The notes: generated by a model from the sequence alone, not told the origin. A DNA stretch of 64,000 nucleotides from Takakia lepidozioides (GCA_030704615.1 CM060732.1:1178001-1242000), one strand, 5' to 3'. Numbered from the stretch's first letter, positions 11,768 through 25,524 are shown. Translations and numbers: made by a program.

Positions 11768-12678
11768 GACCTACAGCTAGTGTATTATGGGGGTGTTTCC
11801 TATTTGTACTCCTTCCCACATTCATGTTTGCGAGTTACCTTACTATCTGCAATTAAGTATCAGTTTGCTTCAGAATTCTCTCAAGTTCCATCCATTCATT
11901 CCACAGCTTCACTCAGGTCTCTCTACACAGTGTGAGTATGAAGTATGTATCAGATTAATATCTATCAAGTATCAGGCTGAAGCCATGGTGTCTCTAATCT
12001 ACTCTACATTACAATTCTACAGCTTGCATTCATCAAGTAACAACAGATCGTCACTTCTCCTACTGCGTGCTCTTCATCTTTCCATTCAGAGATGTGCTCT
12101 CCCCTCTATTTCCCAGCCCTCATGTAAGAAGTCCCCCACCAAGAAGTGATTTCCCACCTCCCCCGCCCTTCGCTTTTTTCTATCTATAAGCTGTTCTAAC
12201 CGCTTTCCTAACTAACCGTCATCCCTGTAGTACACGTTCCTTTTTCAGATGTCGTTCCCCCACCATGGTTCCTTGTCAATGATAACTGCTCCCCAGCTGT
12301 GCCGAGCTGTGACTGGCTATATCAGGCTGTGGCGGGCTGTGACTGGCTGTGTCGGGCTGTGTAGGGCTGTGCGAAGCTGTGGCGGCTGTATCGGGCTGTG
12401 ACTGGCTGTGTTGGGCTGTGTCGACTGTGCGAAGCTGTGACGGATGTGTCTGACTGTGTCAGCTGTGTCGATTGTGTCGGACTGTGACGGGTTGTGTTGG
12501 ACTGTGACGGGCTGTGACGGCTGTGTCGGGCTGTGATGGACTGTGTCGGGTTGTGTATATCCCCCCTAAAGCCTGTTGCTGTCACCCCTAAGGCTCCTGT
12601 TGGTCTCAGTCTGTGTAAAAATTAAGGGTACCCCACAGATCCCGTAAAAGCGTCTAAGTCCCAAGCAGCCCTCTAACA
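11660..12678 (-). repeat. Putative 5' LTR of family 1 copy 2, containing an ACACAGCC-type minisatellite (~12295-12550)
   Basis: TGT...ACA ends, followed by TT and a PBS-like TGGCGACC. Homologous to 30058-31138. No paired 3' LTR is available to confirm the boundary. Confidence 0.7.
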
Positions 12679-12959
12679 GCGTACCAAGACAAGAAAGAGT
12701 AGTAAGAAGGAAGACAAACAAAGAAGGGGGGCTACATAGAGCTAAAGAGTCTAGCAGGAAAAGAGACTGCAGCCAGAAACTACTGCCATAACTTGGAAAC
12801 AGAAAGGCACCGAGCTGAGGAGAAGAACCAAAAATCAGCTAACATCGTCATAAGAAAGCTGGGCCCTAGCCTTCCACTTCCTAAAAGATCTACAAAAGGA
12901 GAGACATCCCTGCAGGGGTCGTGCTCTTCAGCTCAAAACCAACCAATTGATCATCTACC

Positions 12960-15900
12960 CATGCAGGTTTCTTGTAGCTATCCTTCCACAGGGAATCATA
13001 GGTAATGATCTGGAGATTGAAATCCGGCCCTCTTGGATGAATCTGTACCCACACTCTATCCCTGCTCCTTCAGCTATCCATGCCTCTGCACAAATCATGT
13101 ATACATCATTGCTTTGCTCCTAGCAGCTGACAATGACAGCCTAGAATTGTTCTAGCAAACACCCCAACCCTACTTACCATACTCGCTGACTTGCGTCTAC
13201 TTCCAACAAGCATTCACCTTTTTGCCTCGATTGTTCCACCATTGACTGGGGTCGGACCCACACTCTATCCCTGCTCCTTCACCTATCCATGCCTCTACAC
13301 AAATCCTGCATAAATCCTTGTCTTGCTGCTAGCAGCTGACAATGACAGCCTATATTTGTTCTAGGAAACAACCAACTCAACTTATCACACTAGTTCCTAT
13401 GCTCAATTGCATCTGCTACTCTCTGTAATCCAACATGCATTCACATTTTTGCCTCGATTGCCCCACCATTGACTGGGGTCAAAAAGTATTCATTCCATAG
13501 CTTATCCTCGTCTCTGTTACCTGTTTTTGGATACTTCCTATTATTACATTGGTAGTATCATGTCAAAGTCACTCGAAACTATCAAAGGAACTCTAACCTG
13601 CAGAATTCAACATGAAAATTTAGGGCCAATTCTGATAAGAGGGAAAAACAAGGGTGAAATGTGTTGAAGAAGGTGCCTTCATTAGCAGTGCCTGATTTTA
13701 TCAATTGTGCCCTGCTGCTGCGGCTTCCAGTTGACCATCTATCCATGCAGGTTTGTTGTAGCTATTGATCCACAGGGAATCATAGGTAATCTGGAGCTTG
13801 AAATCCGGCTCTCTTGGATGAATCTGGACCCACACTCTATCCTGTTCCTTCAGCTATCCTTGCCTCTGCACAAATCATGCATACATCTTGCCTTGCTGCT
13901 AGCAGCTGACAATGACAGCTTATAAGTATTCCAGCAAACACCCCAACCCTACTTTATCATACTAGTTCATATGCTGACTTGCATCTGCTTCCAACATGAA
14001 TTCACCTTTTTGCCTGGATTGTTCCACCATTGACTGGGGTCGAAAACATATTCATTCCAGAGCTTCTCCTCGTCTCTGTTAACTGTTTTTCGATACTTTC
14101 CTATCTCCGAAACCTCCATCCCGCGCCCTTGCTGTGCACATCCTACAAGCATCACGTTCCACGACACCACATCTCGTTCAGCCATAGTGTTGAAGGCTCC
14201 CTCCGCATCCTCAATGCTCCCATATTTGGCATACATGTCCACAAGGTATTGTTCAGAATCACATATGGTACAATTCCAGCTTTGGTGATGCAACCATGCA
14301 CCTCTTTGCCTTTTTCCAAGGCTGCCAGGCTTGCACACGCACTGCAAACACACACTAAAATGATGTGGTCGAGCTTCACCCCTTACCCCATCATTTGCTC
14401 ATAGGTATCCAAAGCCTCCATCCCGCACCCTTGTTGTGCATACCCTGCAAGCATCGCACTCCACGACACCACATCTCGTTTAGCCATAGTGTTGAACACT
14501 CCCTTGACATTGGCATATATGTCCAGAACTAGGGGATGTTCGGAATGACATCTGGTTATTAAATTCCAGGGCTGCCAGCCTTCATACACAGGCTGATCAT
14601 GCTGACCCTCCCAAGTCCCTTGTAAACGACCAAGAGGTCCATGCCCCAATGGTGACATCATCACATTTTAAGCTGGAATTGCTCCAAGAGTCATACTGAA
14701 CAGTATTCTATTTTTCCCCCACCTCCTTGCCCCTTGCCTTTCCCATCCTGCAACTGAAAGAGGCTCTACAAACTTCAACCAGCTAGGAATAATTTCAGCA
14801 TTTTCAGATACCTAAGTCCCCTGTCTCAAGCATAAGAGCATCAAGCTGAAAGGCCTACAAACTGAAAATCAGGTGCATATGCTCACATTATATTAAGTGG
14901 ATTGAAGGCATTAAATGCTTTTCTACACAACACCCTTGTCAGCATGTATGTTAAGTATGGTAGCTCGTGGATGCACTTGTAGTTTCCCACCCAGAGTTTA
15001 AATTTCAGTCTAGTGATGAGGGCAGGTAGGCCATTGAGATAGTCCTTAAGGTCCTTGCCCATGTCACATATTCAAAACAAGTTTAGGGAGGTTTAATGCC
15101 TAACTGTATTTCCACTAGACAGTGTGAGGGCATCAGAGGAGGAGAGAGAGAGAGAGAGAGACTCACCGGGGAAGGTGGTCATCATGGTACTCCAAGACAC
15201 CACATCTTGTTCAGCCATGTTGTTGAACACTCCCTTTGCATCCTTGCTACGCCTACATTTGGCATACATATTGTCCACCAGGGGAGTGTTCAGAATGACA
15301 TCTGGTACATTTGCAGCTTTGACGATGCAACCATGGACCTTTTGCCATTTTCCAGGGCTGCCAGGCTTGCACACGCATTGCAAACACACACACACGTTAT
15401 GTGGTCGGGCTTCAGTACCCCTTCCCTCATAATTTGCTCATAGGTCTCCAAAGCCTCCATCCCACTCTATGACACCACATCTCGTTCAGCCATAGTGTTG
15501 AACACTCCCTTTGCATCCTCGATGCACCCACATTTGACATACATGTCCACCAAGGCAGGGGCAGTGTTCAAAATGATATCTGATAATCTGACATGCATTC
15601 ACATTTTTGCCTCGGTTGTCCCACCATTGACTGGGGTCAGAAAAGTATTCATTCCATAGCTTCTCCTCATCTCTGTTACCTCTTTTGGATACTTTCCTGT
15701 TGTCACATTGGCAGTATCATGTCAAAGTCACTCCAAACTATCCCAGGTTCACTCAACCAACTAACTTGCAGAATTCAACATGAAAATTTAGGGCCAATTC
15801 TGATGAGAGGGAAAAATAGGGTGAAATGTGTTGAAAAAGGTGCCTTCATTAGCAGACCATTTTCTCATTAGCAGATTTCTTGTAGCTATTGATCCACAGG

Positions 15901-16730
15901 GAATCAGAACTAATCTTGTGTTTGAAATCCGGCCCTCTTGGATGAACCTGGACCTCTATCCCTGGTCCTTCAGCTATCCCTGTCTGTGTACAAATCATGA
16001 ATACTTGCTGCTAGCAGCTGACACTGACGGCGTGAAGTTCTTCCAGCAAACCCCAACCCTAATTATTACAGTAGTTCTAATTCTAAATTGCATCTACTTC
16101 TCTCTAGTGTAGTCCAACATGCACTCACCTTTTTGTCTCCATTGTCCCGCCATTGACTGGGGTCGGAAAAGTGTTCATTCCAAAGCTTCTCCTCATCTCT
16201 GTTACCTGTTTCTGGATACTTTCATGCTGCCACATCAGCAGCAACTTGTCAAAGTCACTCTAAACAACCACAGATCCACCCAACCAGCTAATATACAAAA
16301 TTCAATATGCATCTCAGGGCCGAGTCTGATGAGAGGGCAAAACAGGCTGAAATAGGTCGAAGAAGAAGGTATCCTCACCACATTGTCCTTTATCTTGTGT
16401 CATGACCCATGGAGGATTTGACCGACCATCAACCCAGAAGGACCACTTGTGTGTGCTGCTTGTATCTGTAGTCAGGTAATGTCGGATTGGTATGTGAGAT
16501 CGAACCACCACGGTGCATCTGAGCAGGCAGAGATTGAAACACGGCCTGCTAAGACCAAGCTGACTCTCCCAAGAACGGCGAGCTCGCAAGAATGTTGGGA
16601 TCTTCTCCTCGTCTCCTCTCTTCCTCCTCTTCTCCTTCCTGCATCATTTGCTCAAGAGTAGGAAGGTCTGCAAAGCCTCCATCCCACGCCCCTGCATATC
16701 CTGCGATCATCGCGTTCCATGACACAACAT
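12960..16730 (-). pseudogene. Rearranged fragments of PLS-type PPR repeats interleaved with OSB-type PDF-motif exons
   Basis: PPR: DVVSWNAMLAGYAQQG, ACASLAALEKGKEVH, LVDMYAKYGSIEDA. PDF motif split by an intron: LWNEY.FDPSQWW(D/N)NRGKK | VHPRGPDFKHKISSDSLWI. Confidence 0.75.
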
Positions 16731-16759
16731 CAAATAGAAGATGGTGAAACGCAGGAGAC

Positions 16760-17511
16760 AAAAAAACCCTAAGTCCCAGCCCGGTGTAAAGTTCGGCGGT
16801 GTAATCCTAAACCGTTAGATCTTAAATAATCTAGACCGTTAGATCCTATAAAATCTAACGATTCAAAATAATTTCCATCACATGATCTAACCTTGTACAA
16901 CCATGACCATTGCGTATTTTAATCTCATATATCTTGCGATGCTTGTTAAGCCACGTCCATCCAGGTCCAATTTATTGAACAGATATCAAATCGACACACC
17001 ATATAGGCGGATGGATGAACCCATCCATTGGATGAATTCATTAATGTATATGCCTTTTAAATGACACGTATAGTGATGTAGTCATATATATAGAGTTATG
17101 AACAATTTGCAGTAAGGGACTCATAAGTTTACATGCCATGTCATCGATGGATAAACTCATCCAATGGATGAATACATTCGTGTATGAGCTTTCAAAATGA
17201 CACGTGTAGGGATGTAGTCGTATAAATAGAGCTGTAAAACCATCTTTAGACATGGAGTCACAAGATTCCATGAAACGTCGTCCACGTGTAGTCAAACATA
17301 TCACACTAGTCATAAAACCATCCCTGTCATCATGGTCAACAATGTTTGACCAATGCTCCCTAACTTTCCGGAGTCATGCAGTGATATCCATTACTGCAAA
17401 GTGATAAAACTATGACTGCAACGCATTTCAGCGCTCTATAGTCGTATACCTAGTGTCGTTTTTATGACTCCGCCAAATCCGTAGTCCTAAAAACGCTCAT
17501 CTCTTGTAGTG
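16760..17511 (-). mobile_element. CACTA/EnSpm terminal fragment
   Basis: ...CTCTTGTAGTG is the revcomp of CACTACAAGAG. Repeated ATGACT/AGTCAT subterminal motifs lie to its left. Left boundary approximate. Confidence 0.65.
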
Positions 17512-18289
17512 GCAAATACAGAAAAGATGCAATGCGCGGAGCCCGTCACTGTCCGAGCTCAGGGCGGAGGCAAAGAACGCTGCAACTGGCACCCCATCCG
17601 AGTCTGTTTTGAGCCAGGTATGTTTTGAAGTCCGGTTTCCATTCATGAATCTGTTGTTGTACTAAGATTTGGTGGGTATGTGGGTCCCCCATGGTACACG
17701 AGGGGTGTTATACCAAACCCAGCCATCTCCGAATGCCTGAAATCCCGTGCATTCGGCCTCTTCTTCTGGTTTTCAACAGTACGGGTGGGTGTTTGTATGC
17801 GCAGGGAGCAGAGAACTCAATGGCAGCCCGCATCGGGGCCCTAGAGAGGCTTGCGGCTCTCTCTGCGGAGCGGGAGAGGGGTATGGAAGCACAGCTGAAG
17901 AAGATAGTGGAACTCATGATGGGGCAAAAAGGGGGTGTGACGGGTGGCAGTATGGAAGACCCCCCTGCTGCGACCATTGTACCTGACAAGGAGGAAGTAA
18001 TTGTAGTGGGTATGGATGTGACCGAGGTCCAGCCTATTGTTGATGATATTCACAGTGGGAGGCAAGGTCCGCTCGTTGAAGGGGGAGAGGTCCAGCAAGT
18101 TGGTGGGGATGACATGGACGATGGGGGGGTCATTGCTGATGATGGGGGGAAAGGGGAAGCTGTAGGGGGAGAGGGTGGTAGTTTGCCTGGTCTAGGCTGC
18201 AGGGGGGACCGAAACATTGCCCTCCGGGGTGACTGTTGTCTCCCAACACACTGAGGTGAGACCCTGTGACACCCCTTCAAAAGCTCCTT

Positions 18290-18482
18290 TCATTGAAAAG
18301 TCAAAACTAATTATTCTAGACCTGAACGGGATCCTGTGCCACTCTATTCCTAACTTTCAGCTCAACCTGAGGCGTCATTGGCCATGGGTATTGACCACCA
18401 ACAAGTATGTTTTCCCAAGGCCCCAGGTCTGCAAGTTTTTAAACCTTCTATTCCGATATTTCTACGTTGGGATATGGTCATG
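18290..18482 (+). pseudogene. FCP1/NIF-like HAD phosphatase domain fragment, interrupted by a chromovirus LTR
   Basis: KLIILDLNGILCH...VFPRPQVCKFLNLLFRYFYVGIWS matches the NIF pattern LvLDLxgtL..RP....FL......f.v.iWS. Confidence 0.7.
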
Positions 18483-19211
18483 TGTCGCACACCTCACTTC
18501 GGTAAGCTCCCCCTCAAGTCATAGTTACTCGCTTTGATGCGCGCGCCTGACTCCCAACCTGGCCACCGGGCCAACTTGGAGCTTCGGCTGCTCACCGGGG
18601 CATAACGGTCCCCCTTTGTTCTCCCAAAGAACCCTCCACCGATTTGGAACCAGCGGGAATTCCCTTTGGTAGTTGGCAGTCCGAAACAGCTCCCCACTCT
18701 TTGGTCGCTTTCCGGCTCGTCGCTTACTCACTAGTTTTTGGTCACCAACGGGCTTGCACCGTTCTCGGGGTTACTACTCCCCCTATATATACTTCTGTAG
18801 CTGTCCGCGGGGGTTTCACAACCAGCCATGCCATTTTATGGCGAACCACCACGAAAACCCTCGACTCCCGGTGATGAGTCGCGGTGAGTCTTGGCCCACT
18901 CACCACGGCCCCTATGGACCGTGATGAGTCCCAAGACTCCCCACGACTCCCACCACGAGGTCTCCGCCCCCATGGTGAGTCCTATGCCACCCCCACTAAG
19001 TCCCGCTAAGCTACCACCACCCCTTGTGGAGCCACCCCCACCGCAACCCGGTGTGCGGGGCTCCACCTAGTGAGCGCCTCCGCTTCCCTGAGTGCCTTGG
19101 GCACTCAAGGGTGCTTCAGCCCCCCCATACCTATCGCTGCTGCTGCCCCCACCACAGGGGCAGCCCCTCATGTGTCCCGACCCCCTGCCCTCAAGGCAAA
19201 GGGCCGCGACA
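18483..19211 (-). repeat. 3' LTR of chromovirus copy A
   Basis: TGTCGC...GCGACA ends. PPT-like TAGGGGTGTG immediately internal. Confidence 0.9.
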
Positions 19212-20117
19212 CACACCCCTACCAACAGGGAGTCGATGTCCTCATTGACTTGTCCATTTTGTAGAAACGAACATCCAAGTTGTGGCGTCCCACATCAAGG
19301 AGTTTGTTTCCGTACCATGGCGTCCCATGGCAAAGAACCAAACCCCACACTTGACTCTACTCTCCACTAGCTAGTTCGGCCGACTTCCTCCAAGTCCCGG
19401 CCAGGGGTGGAGCCTCTCAAGCTCCTCCCAGTGCACTCTTCTTGGCCTTCTTTAAGGTCAAGGAACGATCCTCCCCGAGGATCGAATCGCCTTATTGCAA
19501 TAACATTGCTTGCAATCGCTCATGATGCCGCTTTTGGCATCACTTTGAGCAAGGGTTCACCTCGAACCCGCTTTGACTAGGAAGATAACCTTGAACCAAC
19601 CGTGCGCCCCAATCACTACAATTGGGTCCGTCTTGGAATGCTGCCCTGAGGTACGGGAACACGTCGAAGCCGCACTACGACTTCGTCCCGAGGCTACACG
19701 ATTATAGTACGTGAACGGAAGCACATAGCTTCCGCGTTAGCCCGCACTACAAGGCAACCACCTCGGTAGCGCAGTTATAGTACGCGCACGCGCCAGGTGC
19801 GCACTAGCACGTGAACTCCCAAAGAAGGCGCATGTTTCCTTGCCCCTTGGATGGGAGTCACCCGATTTTGGCACTGCGCAAACACACGATTAACCCAATT
19901 TACCTCTCCCACTTTTGTAAGCTAGCATGCATTCTACACACTAGCCAACCACGCCATGCATCATCATTCCAAACAAAATAGGACACACAACATTTGGAAC
20001 CCATTTACTTTATAACAAATTTTTGTACAATACAAGTTTTTGCAATCGGATTCCTGAGCTAGCTAAGCCGGGCTAAGCATGCATTTCCTCCCCCACGCTC
20101 CAAGGTTGATGTCCCCA

Positions 20118-20345
20118 TCAACGCTTCTTTCGCTTTTGAGGTCGCCCTTCGAAAACTGCAACCGCCTCGGATGCGTTTCCCATTTCTGAGGCACGCACCC
20201 AAGATGCCTCCGCATGATGATAGCCCTTCCATTTGACGAGATACTTCGTTTCTCGGTTTTTGAACCTCCTCGACTTAAGTACTGCCTCCACCTCGTACTC
20301 AGGTTCATTTTCATGATCCAACAACACAGGTGGCGGACGCAACAC
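20118..20345 (-). pseudogene. Integrase chromodomain, separated from the integrase by a ~290-bp insertion
   Basis: PPPVLL..EYEVEAVLKSRRFKNRETKYLVKWKGYHHAEASW. Confidence 0.88.
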
Positions 20346-20635
20346 CCACGCAATACGACCTCCAGCTTCCCCCCTACCAACACTTCCATGCAGCTGACAC
20401 TCTCTACTATGTGGAGCAGCACCATCGGCCAATGGTTTGGCTCGAGGATTATGGCTGCTACTTATGATGGCTATGGTTTCAGCAGGCTCCCCACAACATT
20501 CTGGTATAAATTTTCCTACCCCCAGCCCGATCTGCTGCCAGGTAACTCGTATTCATACCTCTTCTCCCTGCCTCCTCATTGCATGACCCCCCACCCCCAC
20601 GTCACGCTCCCCCCTCCCCCTTTAACTAGACAGCC

Positions 20636-23600
20636 ATTCGGACGCGCTTCATCTTTGAAGTAAGGCTTCAAAAGGGAGACGTGAAATACTGGATGCACCT
20701 TGCTATTTGCCGGCAGCTCCAATTCATACACATCCTCATTCATAACCTTCCGGATGCGAAAGGATCCCGCATACGGAGGTACGAACTTTGGACTCACTTC
20801 CGGAGGTAGTCGGAAATTCTTGATGTTCAACCAGACCTCCGTGCCTGCCTCAAACTTCACTTCCCTCCGCTTCCGATTCGCCTGCCTTTCATACCGTTTC
20901 CTAGCTTTGGCAATGTTGTACTTTGCGAGCTTCAACAAACGCTCGCGTTCTTCTAGTACCGCCGCTACTGCCGGTTCCTCAACGTCCTGGGCGGCCCAAC
21001 TTGTCGGCACCAGAGGTGCTTTTCCATAGACCAATACAAAAGGGGAAACTCCCGTTGCGGAGTGTTCTGTGTTATTATAACAGAACTCTGCCGCGTCTAA
21101 GTGTTCCACCCAGTCTGTTTGGTCTGCCGACACGTAATTCCGCAAGATCTGCTTCACTACGGAATTCACTCTTTCTGTTTGGCCGTCGGTCGTAGGTCGG
21201 AAGGCGGTGCTCATCTTCAGCCTCGTCCCCATCTTCTTCCAAAGTGCCCTCCAAAATTTACTCGTAAACTTTGGATTGCGGTCCGAGACAATATCCTTTG
21301 GGACTCCATGATGCTTTAAGACGTGGGCGAAGTAAAGTCGCCCTGTTTCCTGCGCCGTTGCCGTCTCCTTGGTGGGGATGAAATGACCCATTTTACTGAA
21401 CCTATCCACCACCACCATGATTGCATCGAATCCTTTTGACAGCGGCATAGCAGTCATGAAATCCATCGAGACGCTTTCCCAAGTCCCCTCTGGAATCGGC
21501 AAGGGTTGTAACAGCCCCGCTTGCTTTTTGTACTCGCTCCGGTTTTGTTGGCATGTGGTGCATGTTTTGACATACTCCTCTGCCTCCTCCCTCAGTTTGG
21601 GCCAGAAATACTCTTTCTTCAAGAGTGCCGCAGTGCGCTTGGCTCCGCCGTGGCCCGCAAGCGGGCTATCATGGCATTCTCTCAAGAGGCTATCTCTGAT
21701 CCCTCCCTTCGGCACGTAGAGACGCTTTTGCTTATACCGGAGCAGTCCATTTTGCAAGTGGAACTGCGATTTAACCCCCATCCTCAAGTCCTGCATCACG
21801 GACTTCGCCAGCTCATCCTTCCGGCAAGCCTTCCGGATCTTCCTTTGGAGCGCCGTCTTGACCTTGTACACCAACAAGAGCTGCGGCTTTCTACTTAAAG
21901 CATCGGCTATCACATTGTCTCGTCCCGGTTTGTACTGGATATCCACGTCGAACACTGCCAAAGTATCTTGCCACCTAAGTTGTTTTGGGGACAACTTGGG
22001 CTGCGTGGCAAAATACTTCACCGTGACATTGTCCGTGAACACCTTCACTGGGTTGGAACCAACATAGTGGTGCCAAAGCTCAAGACAGTGCACCACCGCC
22101 TTCATCTCTTTCTCGTGCGTCGGCCACCGTCGCTCCACTTCATTCAGTTTCTTACTTTTGTAAGCCACTGGACGTCCATCTTGCATCAGTACACCCCCAA
22201 TCGCAAAGTCCGACGCATCTGTATGTATCTCGAACGGACGATCGAACTCCGGGATTTTCAAGACTGGAGCTTCCGCCATCCGCTGCTTCAATTCAGCAAA
22301 AGCTTGGCCACACAAGGTGTTCCATACCCAGACTTTGGATTTACACAGAAGGTCTGACAACGGCCCCGCGATCTTGGCAAATTTTCTCACATACTTCCGG
22401 TAATAGGAGGCGAGTCCTAGGAAGGATCGCACTCCCGGGACCGAAGTCGGAGGCTCCCAGTCCAAGATCGCCCTCACCTTTTTGTCATCCATTTAGATCC
22501 CATCCTGTGTAATCACATGCCCCAGGAACTCCACTTTTGTGACCCCAAATTCGCACTTTGAAGCTTTGGCATACAGCTTCCCTTCTCGCAATTTTTGGAA
22601 TACCCTTTTCAGGTGCTCCAGGTGCTCCTCCTTTGTTTTCGAGTACACCAAGATGTCGTCAATGTACACGATCACAAAGTCATCCAACCACTCCTGAAAA
22701 AGGCTGTTCATCAGCATGCTAAATGTCGTTGGTGCATTGGTGAGCCCAAAAGGCATCACCAAGAACTCATATGAACCATACCTTGTCCTGCACGCAGTCT
22801 TCTCCTCATCTCCTTCCGCCACCCGAATTTGATGATAGCCGGAGCGCAAGTCGATCCGGCTGAAATACTTCGCTCCTGCCAACCGATCGAAGAGGTCATC
22901 GATCCTTGGCAAAGGGTACCGATTTTTGATAGTCACCTTATTCAGAGCCCTGTAATCGACACACATCCGCAGCGTCCCATCCTTTTTATCTGCAAATAGC
23001 ACCGGGGCTCCGTAAGGTGACTTACTCGGCCGGATGTACCCCTTTGACATTAGATCTTTGAGCTGAGTCTTCAGCTCGACCAACTCTCTATGGCTCAACC
23101 GGTAGGGCGCCTTGGCAGGCGGTTCCGATCCCGGTATCACCTCAATCTTGTGGTCAACTCCTCTTCGCGGTGGCAAACCGCTTGGTAAATCCTCCGGCAT
23201 CACATCCTGGTATTTCTCCAAAATCCCCTTGATCCAATCTGGGCTCGGCTCCCCATCGCCTTCTCCCTTCACTTCTCTAATGTAGAGCAAAAACTGGGGC
23301 TCGTGTGCCTCCTCCACGGTCCACTCCCTTGCTGACAGAAGGTTTATTTGCCCTCCCACGGGTTTAGGCGTTTCCGACACTCGTAAGACCTCGCCACCAT
23401 TCCCACATGGCAGCGTGACTACTCTCTTGCGGCCATCTATGACCGCTCCGGATTTGCTCAAAAATGTCATCCCCACCACTCCATCGATCTCGCAGATGGT
23501 GAAGTTCTCACGTCCCTCCCAACTCCCCAGTTGAAGAGGAACATCAAACGCCAACCTTGTCGCCAACTGTGGTTCTCCTTTGGCAGAACGCACCTCAATA

Positions 23601-23990
23601 GAGGCCCCCACGTCACTCGTCGGGAGTCCCAGCTTTTGTGCCGTTGCCGGTGTCATGAAGGAGTGCGACGCTCCTGTGTCCACCAACAACGACACATTAG
23701 TTCTGGATATTATCCCATCCACGAACAATAACTGACTCCCTTTACGTAAGGCGCCAGTTTCCTGATACAACTCACAAGAAAATTTGCCTACCTTGCAAGT
23801 CCTGGCGACCACCGCTTCCACCAAGCGACTGATGGTATCTTCCGACAGCTCTGTGGTCGCCCGAGTCATGTTCAATTGCCGGGGCTTCGTGCACTTCTTG
23901 GCCATGTGCCCGGGCTCCCCACAATTGAAACACACTCCATCAAAGGTTGTCTCCTGTCCGCCATAGGCCGCTCCACCCGCTTTTTTTTTC
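20636..23990 (-). pseudogene. pol: Chromovirus pol (Zn knuckle-PR-RT-RH-INT) with an internal stop at 22493
   Basis: ORFs 22493-23935 and 20576-22492 are in the same frame. Copy B reads through this position. Confidence 0.92.
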
Positions 23991-25524
23991 GAAGCACCGG
24001 GTGCCGCCTTGACTTGTGATGGCCCTCCCTTCGATTTCCACGTGCCATTGTCGCCGCGTGGCCTATCCTACTTCTTTTCCGGTCGGAAGGAGTCACCTTC
24101 CCGCCAGTTAGAGATAGTGATATAGAGTAACTACATAACCACCGCTAAGGCAGATCTAGTAAACGGACAGTGAAACTGAATTGCGTGTCTTCTAGTAGTT
24201 ATATGAATGAAGGAACGAATGGATGAATGAATGAATTAGGATGGATGAATTCAGTTGCATTTGGATGAATTAATGAATTAATGGATGAATGAATGAATGT
24301 TTAGGATGAATTCGGATGAATGAAATAGAATGAATGAATTTTAGTGAGAAAATCCAATGAATGAATTGGATGAATGATTTCTCATGCTGAATGTTTCCAC
24401 GACTACAGTCCATCTACAACGGTTGAAATTTTCAAGTCCTGAAGCAACAGTTTTTCTTCATATCAGAAAAGTTCAAGGAACTTGCGGGCAACACAACCAG
24501 GGTTTAGGGTTGGACTTGTGAAGCCACCCGACGACTCTCTCTAATTTTGCGAAACGAGGGAGTGGATGCTATAATTCATGCTACAATTCATGCTATAATT
24601 CACATTCACAAAGAAATGCAAAGGAGTGACCACCGATGTATGTGAGACTTGAAAAAGAATTTGCTAAGGTTAAGTGATAAGCTGCTAAGTTTATGAGTCA
24701 ACGAGTGCAAATGAGGCCCTGTGGATAAGACAAGGGATAGAAAGATGAGATTTTGGTAGGCTGCTCAAATGAAGAGTTCAACAAGTGCACTTTATCTAGC
24801 AGCAGACCTCAAAGAAAGCGGGTAAATCAGATGCTCCGGTAGTATAGACAACAGAACCAATGAAAAGATCCTCTGCAAGCAAAAAAAAAATCATAGCATG
24901 GAAAGAAACCAAGGTGTGGCTACAACATATTGCAAAGACAAACTTCCATGCATGGTTCTAGATAGTCCTACATTCATACGCCTTCTGACATTCTAAATGT
25001 TTGCTTTGTCATAAGACCAAGATTTACAGGGTCCCAATGAGTCGACGAGTGTAGATGAGGCCCTCTGGATATATTGTGGCAATGATTGACACCGCATCTC
25101 TAGCCCAAGCCAAACTTCAATTGACAGAATAGCTACAGGAACAAATTCTTGAATAACAATCTCAAATCAGCAGATAATAACCATTCAGCCATAGCTATCC
25201 ACACCAGAGCAATGCACCGCTCCAACAGTTGTCTCTCTCAGCTGCCTAGAATATGCATATGAAAAACTTTTAAAGACACCATGAACTAACCAACACTTTC
25301 TTCCTTCCCCAGTCCTGAATATTCCATTCATTCAGATCCGACTAAAGTGCCTCTTAAGCAGCTGGAAAGTTGAACTCCAAGCTCTCTCTCAAGCAACACT
25401 TTCAACATTATGACTAGATCCGCTTGCATGCATACAATGCTTGGTAATTCCATGACCAATCCTAAGGGGATCTAGACATTCCGAAGCCCCCCTCCCCTCA
25501 CTTATGAAACAAGCTATCTTCAAC

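Larger units (their letters stand above)
3303..12678 (-). mobile_element. Ty3/Gypsy family 1, copy 2 (5' LTR, PBS, ORF0, gag-pol, 3' extra ORF; 3' LTR lost)
   Basis: Starts TGTTAGAG at 12678. Domain order PR-RT-RH-INT. No chromodomain and no second RNase H seen. Confidence 0.95.
18483..24105 (-). mobile_element. Chromovirus (Tcn1-like Gypsy family 2) copy A: 3' part of gag, pol, chromodomain, PPT, 3' LTR
   Basis: LVDTGAS, YIDDIL, RH and INT motifs, plus a chromodomain. LTR 18483-19211 matches 44764-45490. Confidence 0.93.

Noticed and set aside
24106-24700. GATGAAT-rich low-complexity tract
   Set aside because: No regular period, termini or coding signal. Possibly TE-internal, but not assignable.
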